Shown here piece after piece: positions 30,773-41,326 of a DNA stretch of 64,000 nucleotides (position 1 is its first letter; each line of letters begins with the position of its first letter). The stretch covers positions 96,001 to 160,000 of the forward strand of contig CAWHEU010000002.1 in the NCBI GenBank assembly GCA_963828465.1, read 5' to 3'. The notes beneath the pieces are model-generated. The model was given only the letters and a program-made list of their open reading frames with translations. It ran no database searches and was not told the origin of the DNA. The translations under genes and the position numbers were made by a program. The stretch comes from an uncultured Acidobacteriota bacterium. Its GTDB lineage: Bacteria > Actinomycetota > Acidimicrobiia > Spongiisociales > ZC4RG35.

Positions 30773-30930
30773 TCAAAGCCGTCCCCAAGCCAAAGCGCGA
30801 CGGGGCCAAGCACAAAGCGGATCGGTGCACCGGTTGCGGTCATCCCCTCAAGGAGCACCGCCAATCGGCCTGCACCGTCCCGCTGTGCCGCTGTCAGTTG
30901 TCCTCCTCTCAAGGAGCACCCACTATCTGA
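30769..30930 (+). CDS. 53-aa Cys/His-rich putative zinc-binding microprotein (not in ORF track)
   Basis: TTG start in TTGA overlap with RRM stop; MIKAVPKPKRDGAKHKADRCTGCGHPLKEHRQSACTVPLCRCQLSSSQGAPTI. Confidence 0.6.
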   Translation: MIKAVPKPKRDGAKHKADRCTGCGHPLKEHRQSACTVPLCRCQLSSSQGAPTI

Positions 30931-31001
30931 ACTCGATGCAGGGGTATCACGCATGAGTGACGCTCTGCATTAGATGGCGAGCTGGCGGAACCCGTTGCTC
31001 C

Positions 31002-31013
31002 GCAAACGATTGT
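31002..31013 (+). promoter_or_regulatory. Candidate operator shared with the dpp promoter region
   Basis: GCAAACGATTGT; exact reverse complement at 43119-43130; TAGACT -10-like box at 31019. Confidence 0.6.
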
Positions 31014-31042
31014 CGCCCTAGACTCGCCGGCGTGGATCACCC

Positions 31043-32827
31043 ATGACCACGCCAGTCACCACCGACGTAATCGGAGACGACCTCACCTTTTCCCGCGAAA
31101 CGGACGGGTTGAGGATCGACTATCAGGTCCCGGTCGAGATGCCGGATGGTGCTGTGCTTCGCGCAGACGTCTTTCGACCGATCGGAGAGGGCACCTACCC
31201 GGTGATCCTCACTCATGGCGTGTACGCCAAAGGTCTCCCGTTCAACGGGCCCATCTACAAGATGCAGTGGGACAAGCTCGTGGCCAAGGATCCGAGCGTC
31301 CTCGACGGCTCGACCAACAAGCACCAGGCCTGGGAGGTAACCGACCCGGAGCGGTGGGTGCCCCACGGTTACGCCCTGGCCCGGGTCGACTCCCGGGGAG
31401 CCGGGTGGTCGCCGGGAGTGCTCTGGCCCCGCAACCCGCTCGAGTTCGACGACATCGCGAACTCAGTGGAATGGGCGGGGACCCAGCCCTGGAGCACCGG
31501 GCGGGTCGGCATCCTCGGCATCTCCTACTACGCGGTCATGGGATGGGCCGCGGCGGAGCGCCAGCCCGAGCACTTGACCGCCCTCATCGCTTGGGAGGGC
31601 TTCACCGACTCCTATAGGGACGCCTACTACCACGGCGGCATCCTCAGCGAGTTCACCAGACGTTGGCAGGAGCGCCAGATCAACCCGATCCAGTACGGCC
31701 AGGGAGAACGCGCCCCGGTCAACCCCAATACCGGCCAGTCGGTGGCCGGCCCCGTCACCCTCCCTGAAGACGAGCTGGTGACCAACCGACAGGAGTCGTT
31801 CCCGGAGATCAAGAGCCACCCCCTCTACGACGACTGGCACCACGAGCGCGCCGTGGACCTGTCCAGGGTCTCCGTGCCCTTCCTCTCAGCGGCTAACTGG
31901 GGGGGTCAGGGCATCCACCCGCGCGGCAACTTCAACGGGTTTGTCGAAGCCGCGTCTGAGGACAAGTGGCTCGAGGCACACGGCGACACCCACTGGACCC
32001 ACTTCTACTCGTCGTATGGGCGTGAGCTGCAGAAGCGGTTCTTCGACCACTTCCTCAAAGGAGAGGCCAACGGCTTCGACGGCACACCTCGGGTCCAGCT
32101 CAACATCAGACACCCCGGGGAGAGATTCGTGTGGCGGGGGGAAGACGAGTGGCCCCTGGCACGAACGCAGTGGACCGAGCATCACCTGCATCCCGATCTC
32201 TTGCTGAGCGCCGATGTTCCCGCCACCGCCGATGAGCTCGTCTACGAGGCCTTGGGCGACGGGCTCTCGTTCAAGACCCCGCCCTTCGCCGAGGAGACCG
32301 AGATCACCGGTCCGCTGGCGGCCAAGCTCTTCGTGTCCTCGACCACCTCCGACGCCGACCTCTTTCTCATCGTGCAACTCTTCGACCCGGACGACAACGA
32401 GGTCACCTTCGAGGGATCGACCGATCCCAACACCCCTATCGCCAACGGCTGGCTCCGTGCCAGCCACCGTGCCCTCGACCCGGATAGGTCCAAACCGGGG
32501 CGACCGTTTCACCCCCATGACCGCGTCGAACTGCTGGAGCCGGGCGTGGTCTATGAGCTCGATATCGAGATCGTCCCCACTTGCATCGTCGTCCCCGAGG
32601 GATACCGGCTCGGTCTCTGGGTGCGAGGCAAGGACTACGAGTATCGAGGCCCTCTCGATGAGTACGGTCAGAGTTTCTATTACGCCACGCGGGGAACAGG
32701 TGGGATGACCCATGCCGATCCCGACGATCGCCCGCCGGACGTTTTCGGGGGCACGGTGACGGTCCACATCGGGCCGGAGCATCCCTCGCACCTGCTGGTG
32801 CCGATCATCCCCAAGAGAGACGAATGA
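31043..32827 (+). CDS. CocE/NonD family serine hydrolase
   Basis: LRADVFRP, VYAKG, DSRGAG.SPG, GISYYA nucleophile elbow, EITGP..AKL, GWLRASHR. Confidence 0.92.
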   Translation: MTTPVTTDVIGDDLTFSRETDGLRIDYQVPVEMPDGAVLRADVFRPIGEGTYPVILTHGVYAKGLPFNGPIYKMQWDKLVAKDPSVLDGSTNKHQAWEVTDPERWVPHGYALARVDSRGAGWSPGVLWPRNPLEFDDIANSVEWAGTQPWSTGRVGILGISYYAVMGWAAAERQPEHLTALIAWEGFTDSYRDAYYHGGILSEFTRRWQERQINPIQYGQGERAPVNPNTGQSVAGPVTLPEDELVTNRQESFPEIKSHPLYDDWHHERAVDLSRVSVPFLSAANWGGQGIHPRGNFNGFVEAASEDKWLEAHGDTHWTHFYSSYGRELQKRFFDHFLKGEANGFDGTPRVQLNIRHPGERFVWRGEDEWPLARTQWTEHHLHPDLLLSADVPATADELVYEALGDGLSFKTPPFAEETEITGPLAAKLFVSSTTSDADLFLIVQLFDPDDNEVTFEGSTDPNTPIANGWLRASHRALDPDRSKPGRPFHPHDRVELLEPGVVYELDIEIVPTCIVVPEGYRLGLWVRGKDYEYRGPLDEYGQSFYYATRGTGGMTHADPDDRPPDVFGGTVTVHIGPEHPSHLLVPIIPKRDE

Positions 32828-32843
32828 GGAGGAAAAGCCGATC

Positions 32844-34443
32844 ATGACGACAACGGTCGACTTCGTCGTCGCCGGTGGAGGGCACAACAGCCTGATCACC
32901 GCCGCCTATCTGGCCCGGGCCGGCCAGGAGGTGGTCGTGTTGGACGTTCGCTCCGAGGCAGGAGGGGGGGCGGCGACCGAGGAGATCCTCACGCCCGGTT
33001 TCCTCTTCGACACCTGCTCCACGGGGCAGACCTTGATCCGGGTCAACCCGTTGCTGTCGAAGGACGAGCTCGGTCTCGTGTCCGAATTCGGCCTCACCTA
33101 CATCGAGCCCGACCCGGTGGCCCATGTCGTCTTCCCCGACGGCGAGACCTTCACCATGTGGCTCGACGTCGAGCGCACCATCGAGGAGATCACTCGATTC
33201 TCCGCCGCCGATGCCGCCGCCTACCGGCGGATGCTCGATGAGTTCGACGAGGTAAAGGGGGTATACAGCTCCTACCGCTTCACGCCGATCGGGTACGGCC
33301 CTTCGATCGACGAAGCCCTGGCGGCTCACCCGGCCGGAGCGATATGGCGCCGTCGCAATGTCATGTCGGCATGGGACGTGATCCGGCGCGAATTCGAGAG
33401 CCGGCACATCCAGGCGTTCATGTCGTGGATGGCGTTCATGACCTCACAGCCGATCGACTCGCCGGGATCGGGTTATCTCGCCTACTCCCTCGTGGGGGGT
33501 CGTCAGCGAAGCAGCTGGTCGGTCCCGCTCGGCGGGTCGGCCAGCCTGCCCCGGGCCCTGGTCGCCGCCCTCGAGGCGTACGGAGGCTCGGTTGTCACCA
33601 ACACGCTGGTCACCTCGCTCATCACAGAGGAGGGCCGGTGTGTCGGAGTCGAGACCGAGAACGGCAGCCAATACCGGGCACGAGTCGGGGTTGTCTCCTC
33701 CATCCATGTCAAAGACCTGGTCGACATGGCGCCCGCCGAGATGTGGGGCGAGGGCTTCATCTACGGCGTGGACACCTACGACGAAGGGCTTTCTTCATTC
33801 GCCTCCTATTACGCCGCCACCGAGGCGCCGCAGTTCCGCTCGTCCGGACCAGAGCCGATTGGCGCGGTCTCGGCCGGCACCGCTCCCTGGCCGGAAGACG
33901 TGATCGAGTTCGGCCGTGGGCTGCGCGAGCGCCGGCTCCACCGACCCGGCACCTTCCTTCTCTTCGCCACACCCACCCTCGTCGACGAGACGCGGGCCCC
34001 CGCCGGCGGCCACACCGTCAAGATCCTCAGCCTGGCTCCGTACGACTGTCCCGACGACCTTGGGGACTGGGACACGGGCAAGGACGTCCTGGCCGCCGAG
34101 CACTTCCAGACCTTGCGGCGATTGCGCCCCCAACCTGACCGAGGAGAAGATCCTGGCGTGGAAGGCGAAGAGCCCGGTCGACATCGAGGCGGGAAACCCG
34201 CACATGTGGCGGGGAACCATTCACGGGGGTGACCGCGGGCTCGCCTACGGCGGCCCCCAGCGACCGGTGCCGGGATGGGCCTCGCACCGCATGCCGATCC
34301 CCGGCCTGTACCAGACGGGGGCCACCACCCATCCCGGTGGGTCCATCACCGGTGGGCCCGGTCGCAACGCGGCGATCGTCATCCTCGACGACCTCGGGAT
34401 GAGCCTCGACAGCATGGTTGCAAAAGGAGGAGATGGCACATGA
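32844..34443 (+). CDS. FAD-dependent oxidoreductase, phytoene-desaturase-like superfamily (frameshift ~34124)
   Basis: [23 protein letters not shown]; C-terminal frame [29 protein letters not shown]. Confidence 0.88.
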
Positions 34444-35588
34444 CCACGACCACCCAGCCCGATCTGGGCTTCGCCCCCAATGAGGATCCGTTCATCGTCG
34501 CCCACGGCGGGTTCTACCGGCGCTGGCTCTCGATGATCGACGACATCGAGGAGTTGAAGGAGGCGGTGTCCAGGCTGGAGGGAACCACCGAGGACAAGTG
34601 GGTCCCGGTCTGGGAGGAGATGGGTCGTCGTCATGAGGACGAAGGCGACCGGCTCGAGACAGCCGGGGACCATGAGGCGGCGAGGAAGGCGTACCTGAAC
34701 GCAAAGAGCTATTACGCCATCGGGCGATTCCCCGGCGAGATCAGCGAGATCAAGACCAAGATCAGCCAGGACTGCGCCCGCGCCTATCTGAAGGCGTGCG
34801 CCCATCTCGACCCGCCGATGGAGGTGGTCGACTTCGAGCATGAGGGGCTGACAGTGCGGGCCCACTTCCGGTCACCTGTCTCGGACACCCCGGTCCCGGC
34901 CGTGCTCATCATGTGTGGCGCCGACGTGTTCAAGGAGGATCGCGGGTTCGCCCAGGACCTGTGCATGGAGAACGGTATGGCGTCCCTGGTGATGGACGGC
35001 CCCGACACGGGGGAGAACCCATTCCCGTGGGCTCCGGAGTCCGTGTCGGCCTGGGAGGCGGCGATCGACTATCTCGCCTCCCGGCCTGAGGTCGACGGCG
35101 ACCGGATCGGGGCATTCGGGATCAGCCGCGGCGGCTACTCGGTGATGCAGCTCGCCGGCACGGCCCCCGACAAGCTCGGCGCAGTGGTGGCCAACGCCGG
35201 CCACCCCTTCGGCTACGTCATGGGAGACGAGGAGCTCGAAGAGTTCGTCCGGGTGCGGAACGAACGGGCCACATGGCGGTTCGGCGCTCCCGACGACCCG
35301 CCTTCGTTCCCACCCACGACAGCGGAGAAGGAGCGGTCAGACTTCAAGCGCTGGGCTCTCTCTGAGCAGGGCATCCTCGAGAACATCACCATGCCGGTGC
35401 TCATGATCAACGGGAAGCTCGACCATCTGGCGCCGATCGGGAACATCTATTTCATGCTGGAGACAGGCCCGGCGACCGGCAAGGAGGCGCGCGTTTACGC
35501 CGATGCCGGTCACTGCGCCTTCAAATACCAGTCGCACTGGGCCCCCGCCACCTTTCAGTGGCTGGCAGAGAAGCTGGGCCGGGCCTAG
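34440..35588 (+). CDS. Alpha/beta hydrolase, FrsA / 2,6-dihydroxypseudooxynicotine (DHPON) hydrolase-like
   Basis: Helical N-terminal cap, [23 protein letters not shown] (Ser), NGKLD (Asp), GH (His). Confidence 0.85.
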   Translation: MTTTTQPDLGFAPNEDPFIVAHGGFYRRWLSMIDDIEELKEAVSRLEGTTEDKWVPVWEEMGRRHEDEGDRLETAGDHEAARKAYLNAKSYYAIGRFPGEISEIKTKISQDCARAYLKACAHLDPPMEVVDFEHEGLTVRAHFRSPVSDTPVPAVLIMCGADVFKEDRGFAQDLCMENGMASLVMDGPDTGENPFPWAPESVSAWEAAIDYLASRPEVDGDRIGAFGISRGGYSVMQLAGTAPDKLGAVVANAGHPFGYVMGDEELEEFVRVRNERATWRFGAPDDPPSFPPTTAEKERSDFKRWALSEQGILENITMPVLMINGKLDHLAPIGNIYFMLETGPATGKEARVYADAGHCAFKYQSHWAPATFQWLAEKLGRA

Positions 35589-36739
35589 CCGATACGTCTC
35601 AGTCCCCGGGGCACGTCGTGCAACGGCCGGTGCCCATCGCCGGAGACGACCACCAGATGCCCGGTTTGGACGCCGGCCTTCTCGTCGGTCGTGATCACGT
35701 TGGGTTGGATCACCAGGGCCATTCCTTCTTCCAACCTCATGTCGGGCGTGGGCAGGTTGGGGCGGCTCTTGGTGCCTAGGACCGGGGGCAGATAGCCCCC
35801 GCCATATCCGTGGACCAGGTCGTCGTAGATGGTGAAGCCCATCTCCTCGATGACCGAAGACGCCTCGACCAGATCGCGAACGTGGGTGCCGGGCCGCGTC
35901 GCGGCCCGATGGCATCGAAGGCGGCGTCGGCGGCCGAATGGAGGTCGGCGTAGAGCGGGGTCGGGTCGGCTTCGATGGTGAAGCTCCTCAGAACCTGGCC
36001 GGCGTAGCCCCAGAAGGCGGCACTGATCTCACAGAAGAGGACGTCGCCCGCCTGGAGTCGTCGCGTCGATTGGAACTGCGATGGCACGCACACGTCCGGA
36101 TCGGCCATGGAGGTGGCGGCGAAGTAATGGATGTGGTTGGTCCCGCCCTCGGCGAGATAGGCCGACTCCATGATCGCGGCGAGCCTGCGCTCGTCCATGC
36201 CGACCCGAGCTTCGGCGGCGATGGCCTCCACCGCCAGGTCGGAGAGCCTCGCCGCGACTTCGAGACGCTCGATCTCCTCAGGTGACTTGACCAGACGCAG
36301 ACGCTGGTACTCGCGGTCGAGGCTCACCAGGTCGCCCACCGACCCGGCGAGGTCCCGATGGTCCCGATAGCCGAGCGGTCCCAGAATCCCTACCCGCTGT
36401 CCCTCGATCAGACGCGCACCGACGATCTCCCCGAGCCGCGTGATGGTGGAGGGCCCGCCCCATTCGACCTCACAGTCGGTCGCTATTCGGCGGGCATTGG
36501 GGAGATGGTTGTAGTGCTGGACCAGCAAGTGGAGCGGTTCACCGGGTGTGACGACCAGTGCGGCCTCCCGGGTGACCGGCCACTCCGAGAGCCATTGCAC
36601 CGCGGAGCCGGTCCGCTCCGATCCGTAGGCGATGAGGTGCGATACCCCGGCTGTGCTCCATGACCTCGAGCACGGCCTGGCGTCTTCGTTGCAGCTCGCC
36701 CTCCGAGAACCGGGGGAAGGGATCGGGGTCGCGAGCCAC
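35585..36739 (-). CDS. M24/creatinase-fold hydrolase with non-canonical ligand set (frameshifts ~36653, ~35900)
   Basis: PRFS.GE..RR start, RLVKSPEEI, CEISAAFWGYAGQVLRSF, VHGYGGG, IQPN..GVQTG. Confidence 0.82.
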
Positions 36740-36746
36740 TCTCTCG

Positions 36747-38108
36747 TCAGAGCTCGCGCCGGCGTGATGTGTGGAGGACGCAGCTGGTGACATGGCCGGG
36801 TTCGACCTCCTCCAGCTCTACCGGCGCTACGGGGAGAAAGCTGAGCAGGACCTTGTTGCCGTCCACCGAGACGCTCTCCAACGCCGGCGACAATGCCGGG
36901 GGCATGCTCCCGCTGGTCATCGCCTTGCCCACGGCCTCAGCCGAGCCATCGTCGCCGAAGGCGAGGGTGGCGTCGAAATTCGACCGCCGCTCCACGGCGG
37001 TCATGGTGTCCAACAGGTTCGTCTCCACGCTGAGCCAGGTGACCGCGTCGTCTACCTCCCACCCGCAGATCGGCGTCGCCACAGGGCACCGGGTGTGGAA
37101 CCGACACCCTTCGGGAGGATTGGCCGGATCGGGGACCGTGCCCTCCAAGCCCTCGATCTCCTTGTCGACATCGGCATCGAGGTCGGGGTTGGCGGCGAGG
37201 AGCGCCTCGGTATAGGGATGTCGCGGGCGCTCGAACAACTCCGTGGCAGTGCCTTGCTCCACGACCTGGCCCAGGTACATGACTGCGATGCGGTCACTCA
37301 TCAGCTTGACCACTCCCAGATCGTGGCTGATGAACAGATAGGTGAGACCCCGGTCACGCTGGAGCTCATGGAGCAGATTGAGGATCTGCGCCTGCACCGA
37401 GACGTCGAGGGCGCTGGTCGGTTCATCGAGCACGATGAAATCGGGATCGAGGGCGAGGGCTCGCGCGATGGAGATTCGCTGCCGCTGCCCTCCGGAGAAC
37501 TGATGCGGGTATCGGAAGAGGTGTTGGCGTCCCATGCCGACGCTTTCGAGCAATGACACCACCCGCTCGGTCAGCTCGGCCCCAGAGGCCTCCTTGTGGA
37601 TGCGCAAAGGCCGGCCGACGATGTCCTTGACCAGTTGGCGGGGATTGAGGGAGCTGAATGCATCCTGAAACACAACCTGGCAGTTCCGGCGATACGCCCG
37701 CCAGGCCTCGCCAGTGAGAGCAGTGATCAGATGGCGGGAGTCGATTCGCTCCATCCTCTTGCGCTGTTCGGGGGTCCGCTCCTTGCCAGGTATCGCGAGG
37801 ATGTCTTCCAGCGCAGCACGGTCCACATCGGGGAGTCGGAAGTAGATGCCACCGCCCGTCGGGGCCGTGATGCCACTGATGCACCGCCCGAGAGTGGTCT
37901 TTCCGCATCCACTCTCACCAACCAGGCCCAACGTCTCACCGCGGCGGATCTCGAGTGACACACCGTCGACGGCTTTCACATGGCCGACCACCTTCTGGAG
38001 CACTCCGTCCTTGATCGGGAAGTGCTTCTCGACATCGATGAGGGTCATCACCGGTCGATCGCCCACCGATCCCTCGCGCTCCAGGGACTGGGCCCACACC
38101 GAAGTCAT
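36747..38108 (-). CDS. Oligopeptide/dipeptide ABC ATPase (DppF-like) with insertions
   Basis: [42 protein letters not shown]. Confidence 0.92.
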   Translation of the reverse strand: MTSVWAQSLEREGSVGDRPVMTLIDVEKHFPIKDGVLQKVVGHVKAVDGVSLEIRRGETLGLVGESGCGKTTLGRCISGITAPTGGGIYFRLPDVDRAALEDILAIPGKERTPEQRKRMERIDSRHLITALTGEAWRAYRRNCQVVFQDAFSSLNPRQLVKDIVGRPLRIHKEASGAELTERVVSLLESVGMGRQHLFRYPHQFSGGQRQRISIARALALDPDFIVLDEPTSALDVSVQAQILNLLHELQRDRGLTYLFISHDLGVVKLMSDRIAVMYLGQVVEQGTATELFERPRHPYTEALLAANPDLDADVDKEIEGLEGTVPDPANPPEGCRFHTRCPVATPICGWEVDDAVTWLSVETNLLDTMTAVERRSNFDATLAFGDDGSAEAVGKAMTSGSMPPALSPALESVSVDGNKVLLSFLPVAPVELEEVEPGHVTSCVLHTSRRREL

Positions 38109-38122
38109 CGGGTCATCGGTTC

Positions 38123-39327
38123 CTAAGACGGCACCTCACCGGGGCGGAGGCCTAGCTCGGTTGGATCGTCGTGGACATGACAGGCGACTCCGTGGTCGAC
38201 ATCGTGGCGAAGGAAGCGGGGGTCGACCTTGCGGCAGACCCCGGCCGCATAGGGGCAGCGGGTGTGGAACCGGCAGGAAGGTTGCGGGTCGATGAGCTCT
38301 GGGACGTTGCCTTCGATGGCGGCGAGCTCGCCTCGCTTGTTCCTCGACGACGGAATCGCCGCCATCAGACTCCGTGTGTAAGGGTGGAGGGGCTGTCGGA
38401 ACACGTCGTCGGTCCGACCGATCTCGGCGATCCTCCCGGCATACATCACCGCGACCCGGTCGCAGATCTCGCGCACCAGCGAGAGGTCATGGCTGATGTA
38501 GAGCACGGAGGTGCGCCGCCGCTGTTGCAGCTCCGAATCAGATTCAGGATCCGCGCCTGGATGGTCACATCGAGAGCGGTAGTGGGCTCGTCGGCGATGA
38601 GGAGGTCCGGGTTGCATGCGAGCGCTTGGGCGATGAGGACCCGCTGCTTCATCCCACCCGAGAGCTCATGCGGATAGCTGGCCATGATCCTGCGCGGGTT
38701 AGGGATCTGGGTCTCGGCCAGTGCCTCGGCGACGTGATCGTCGACCTCCTCCCTCATTTTCGCCGCCTTCGACCGCAAGGGGGGGAGTTTCAGCAGGATC
38801 CGCTCCAATTTGCCGGACTGCTGGCTGGCGGCGCGGCGGATGATCACCGGGGCGTTGGGGCCGAGCGGTTCGAGGAGCTCGTCACTCCGGTGCTGGAAGA
38901 ACACCTCGGCAAGCTGATTCCCGATCGAGAGGGCTGGGTTCAGGGCCTTGCTCGGGTCCTGGAAGATCATTGCGATGCGGTTGCCACGGATCTCCAGCAT
39001 CTCGTCGTCGGCGATGGTGAGCAGGTTCACCGGCCCCCCGCCCGCGGCTTGGGTCTCGCTCGACCAGAAGTCGATCTTCCCGCCGGCATACACCCCGGGC
39101 GGGCTGGCGACCAGACGCATGAACGAGCGGGCGGTGACGCTCTTCCCGCATCCGGTCTCGCCAACCAGTCCCAGCGTCTCTCCATCGCGAATGTCGAATG
39201 AGACGCCGTCGACGGCATGGACCATGCCGGCCTTGGTCTTGAAGTGGACGCTGAGGTTCAGCACCGATGCCACCAGCGCCCCGGTTGCCCCTTCGGTGGA
39301 GATGCCGGCCGGTGCCGTCGAGGTCAC
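38123..39327 (-). CDS. Oligopeptide/dipeptide ABC ATPase (DppD-like; frameshift ~38533)
   Basis: [29 protein letters not shown], then shifted frame ISHDL, HPYT, CRFHTRC. Confidence 0.9.
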
Positions 39328-40247
39328 CGGGATTCGGTCCTTGGGTCCAGCACGTCGCGAAGACCGTCGCCCACCAGGTTGAAGGCCAGCGCCCACAGGA
39401 AGATCATCAACCCGGGAAAGGTCGAGGCCCACCAGCGCCCGGTGGAGATGCCAACTTGGCCCTCGCTGACCAGGACACCCCACTCGGCCAGACCGGCCTC
39501 CGATAGGCCGATGAAGCTGAGGGTGGCGCCAACGAGGACGATCGCCCCCATGTCCATGGTCGCCTGGACCATGACCGGGGTGATCGAGTTGGGGAGGACG
39601 TCCTTGAGGTAGATCCGGAACTTGGTGTCGCCGATTACGCGAGCGGAATCGACGTACTCGTTCTGCTTCACGTGGATGATCTGCCCCCGGATGATACGGG
39701 CGTACTTCACCCAGTAGACGATGGCCAGGGCGAGGATGATGTTCGAGAAGGACGGGCCGAGAACCGCGGCGATCGCTAGGGCGAAGATGAGCTCGGGTAT
39801 GGCGAGGAAGACGTCCACCACCCGCATCAGGATCTCGTCCATCTTGCCCCCGATGAAGCCGGCCAGGCTGCCGACGATGGTGCCGATGGTCACGGTGACC
39901 GCGACCACGATGAGCGACAGCCAAAGGGAGGTGCGGGAGCCCCAGATGACCCCGTAGAGGACATCGCCGCCGTGTGCCGTGGTTCCAAGTGGGTGGCCCG
40001 GGGTTCCCGGCGGCTCGTTGAGGGCCGTCCAGTCGCGCGGCATCTGGTAGGGGTTGGGCTCGTTGGGAGTTGTCAGAACCGGCGCCAGGAGCGCCATGGC
40101 GAACATCAAGACGATGATCACCAGCCCGATGACGGTGACCGGGTTGCGCAGCGTCTGGACGGTGACCTCGCCAAGCCGTCTGAGACGGACCGTCAGAGCG
40201 CCGGTGGCGGGAGGAATGATCGTGCGGGGCTGGACGATGTCGGCCAT
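39324..40247 (-). CDS. Peptide/nickel ABC permease (DppC-like)
   Basis: [37 protein letters not shown]. Confidence 0.92.
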   Translation of the reverse strand: MADIVQPRTIIPPATGALTVRLRRLGEVTVQTLRNPVTVIGLVIIVLMFAMALLAPVLTTPNEPNPYQMPRDWTALNEPPGTPGHPLGTTAHGGDVLYGVIWGSRTSLWLSLIVVAVTVTIGTIVGSLAGFIGGKMDEILMRVVDVFLAIPELIFALAIAAVLGPSFSNIILALAIVYWVKYARIIRGQIIHVKQNEYVDSARVIGDTKFRIYLKDVLPNSITPVMVQATMDMGAIVLVGATLSFIGLSEAGLAEWGVLVSEGQVGISTGRWWASTFPGLMIFLWALAFNLVGDGLRDVLDPRTESR

Positions 40248-40249
40248 GG

Positions 40250-41264
40250 TCAGCTTCCGAGCACGACGCGACGGTCGAGGTAGGCGTAGATGATGTCGAC
40301 GGCGAGGTTCACCGTGAGGAAGAGAACGCTGGTGAAGAGGACGTAGGCCATGATCGTGGCTTGATCGCCACGCAAGACGGCGTCGGCCAGCCATCGGCCC
40401 AGCCCGGGCCACTGGTAGATGATCTCGACCACCACCGTTCCCTGAAGCAGGAACCCGAAGCTGAGGCCGATGACGGTCATCGTCGGGATGAGCGCGTTCC
40501 GCCGGGCGTGCCGCTTCAGGACCAGGCGCTCGGGAAGCCCCTTGGCACGGGCGGCGTCTACGTAGTCCTCGTTGAGCTCCTCGACGAGCGACGAGCGCAT
40601 CATCCTCGTGATGATGGCTGTCGTCGCCAGCCCGAGGGTGATGGCGGGGAGGACGAGGTGCCAGATGGCGTCCCTGAACGCCTGCCAGCTCCCGGCCATC
40701 AGCGAGTCGATGGTGTACAGCCCGGTGGGATGGGCGATGGAGGCCCAGATGGCCGGGTCAGACCGGCCCACCGGGAACCAACCCAGATACACCCAGAACA
40801 CGATGAGCAGCACGATGGCGAACCAGAAATCGGGCATGCTCGACCCGCTCACCGAGAAGATACGGGTGAGGTGGTCCGGTAATCGATCGCGTCTGGACCC
40901 GGCGAAGGTCCCCAAGGTGATGCCCAGGGTCACGGCCACCAGGCCGGCGGCAGTAGCTAGCTCCATGGTGGCCGCGAGCTTGCCCCGGAATACCTGGGTC
41001 ACCGGAGCGACGGCCACGCCGGACCAACCGAGGTCCCCGCGGAGGACCCCGCCCGCCCAGGCGACATATTGCACCGGAAGCGGGTCGTTCAGGCCGTAGC
41101 GGTCCTCGAGCTCTTCGACTTCCTCGGGTGTCATCTCGTGTGACATGTAGATACCGATCGGTGACCCACCCACCCGGGTCAACGCGAACACGATGATGGA
41201 GACGCCGATCAGCAGTATCGGGAGGACCATCAGACGCCGGATCAGGTAGTCGCGTGATCTGCAT
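40250..41264 (-). CDS. Peptide/nickel ABC permease (DppB-like; indel ~41255)
   Basis: [11 protein letters not shown] start, [42 protein letters not shown]. Confidence 0.92.
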
Positions 41265-41288
41265 GAAAGGGGTGTGCTCAGTGTGGCA

Positions 41289-41320
41289 GGTGGGGAGCCC
41301 TTTGGAACAGGCTCCCCACC
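41289..41320 (-). terminator. Intercistronic hairpin after the substrate-binding gene
   Basis: GGTGGGGAGCC/GGCTCCCCACC 11-bp stem. Confidence 0.6.
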
Positions 41321-41326
41321 GTTGGT

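Noticed and set aside
32844-34443. Carotenoid desaturase/ketolase assignment
   Set aside because: Only the superfamily motifs are shared, no crt genes are nearby, and the context is catabolic.
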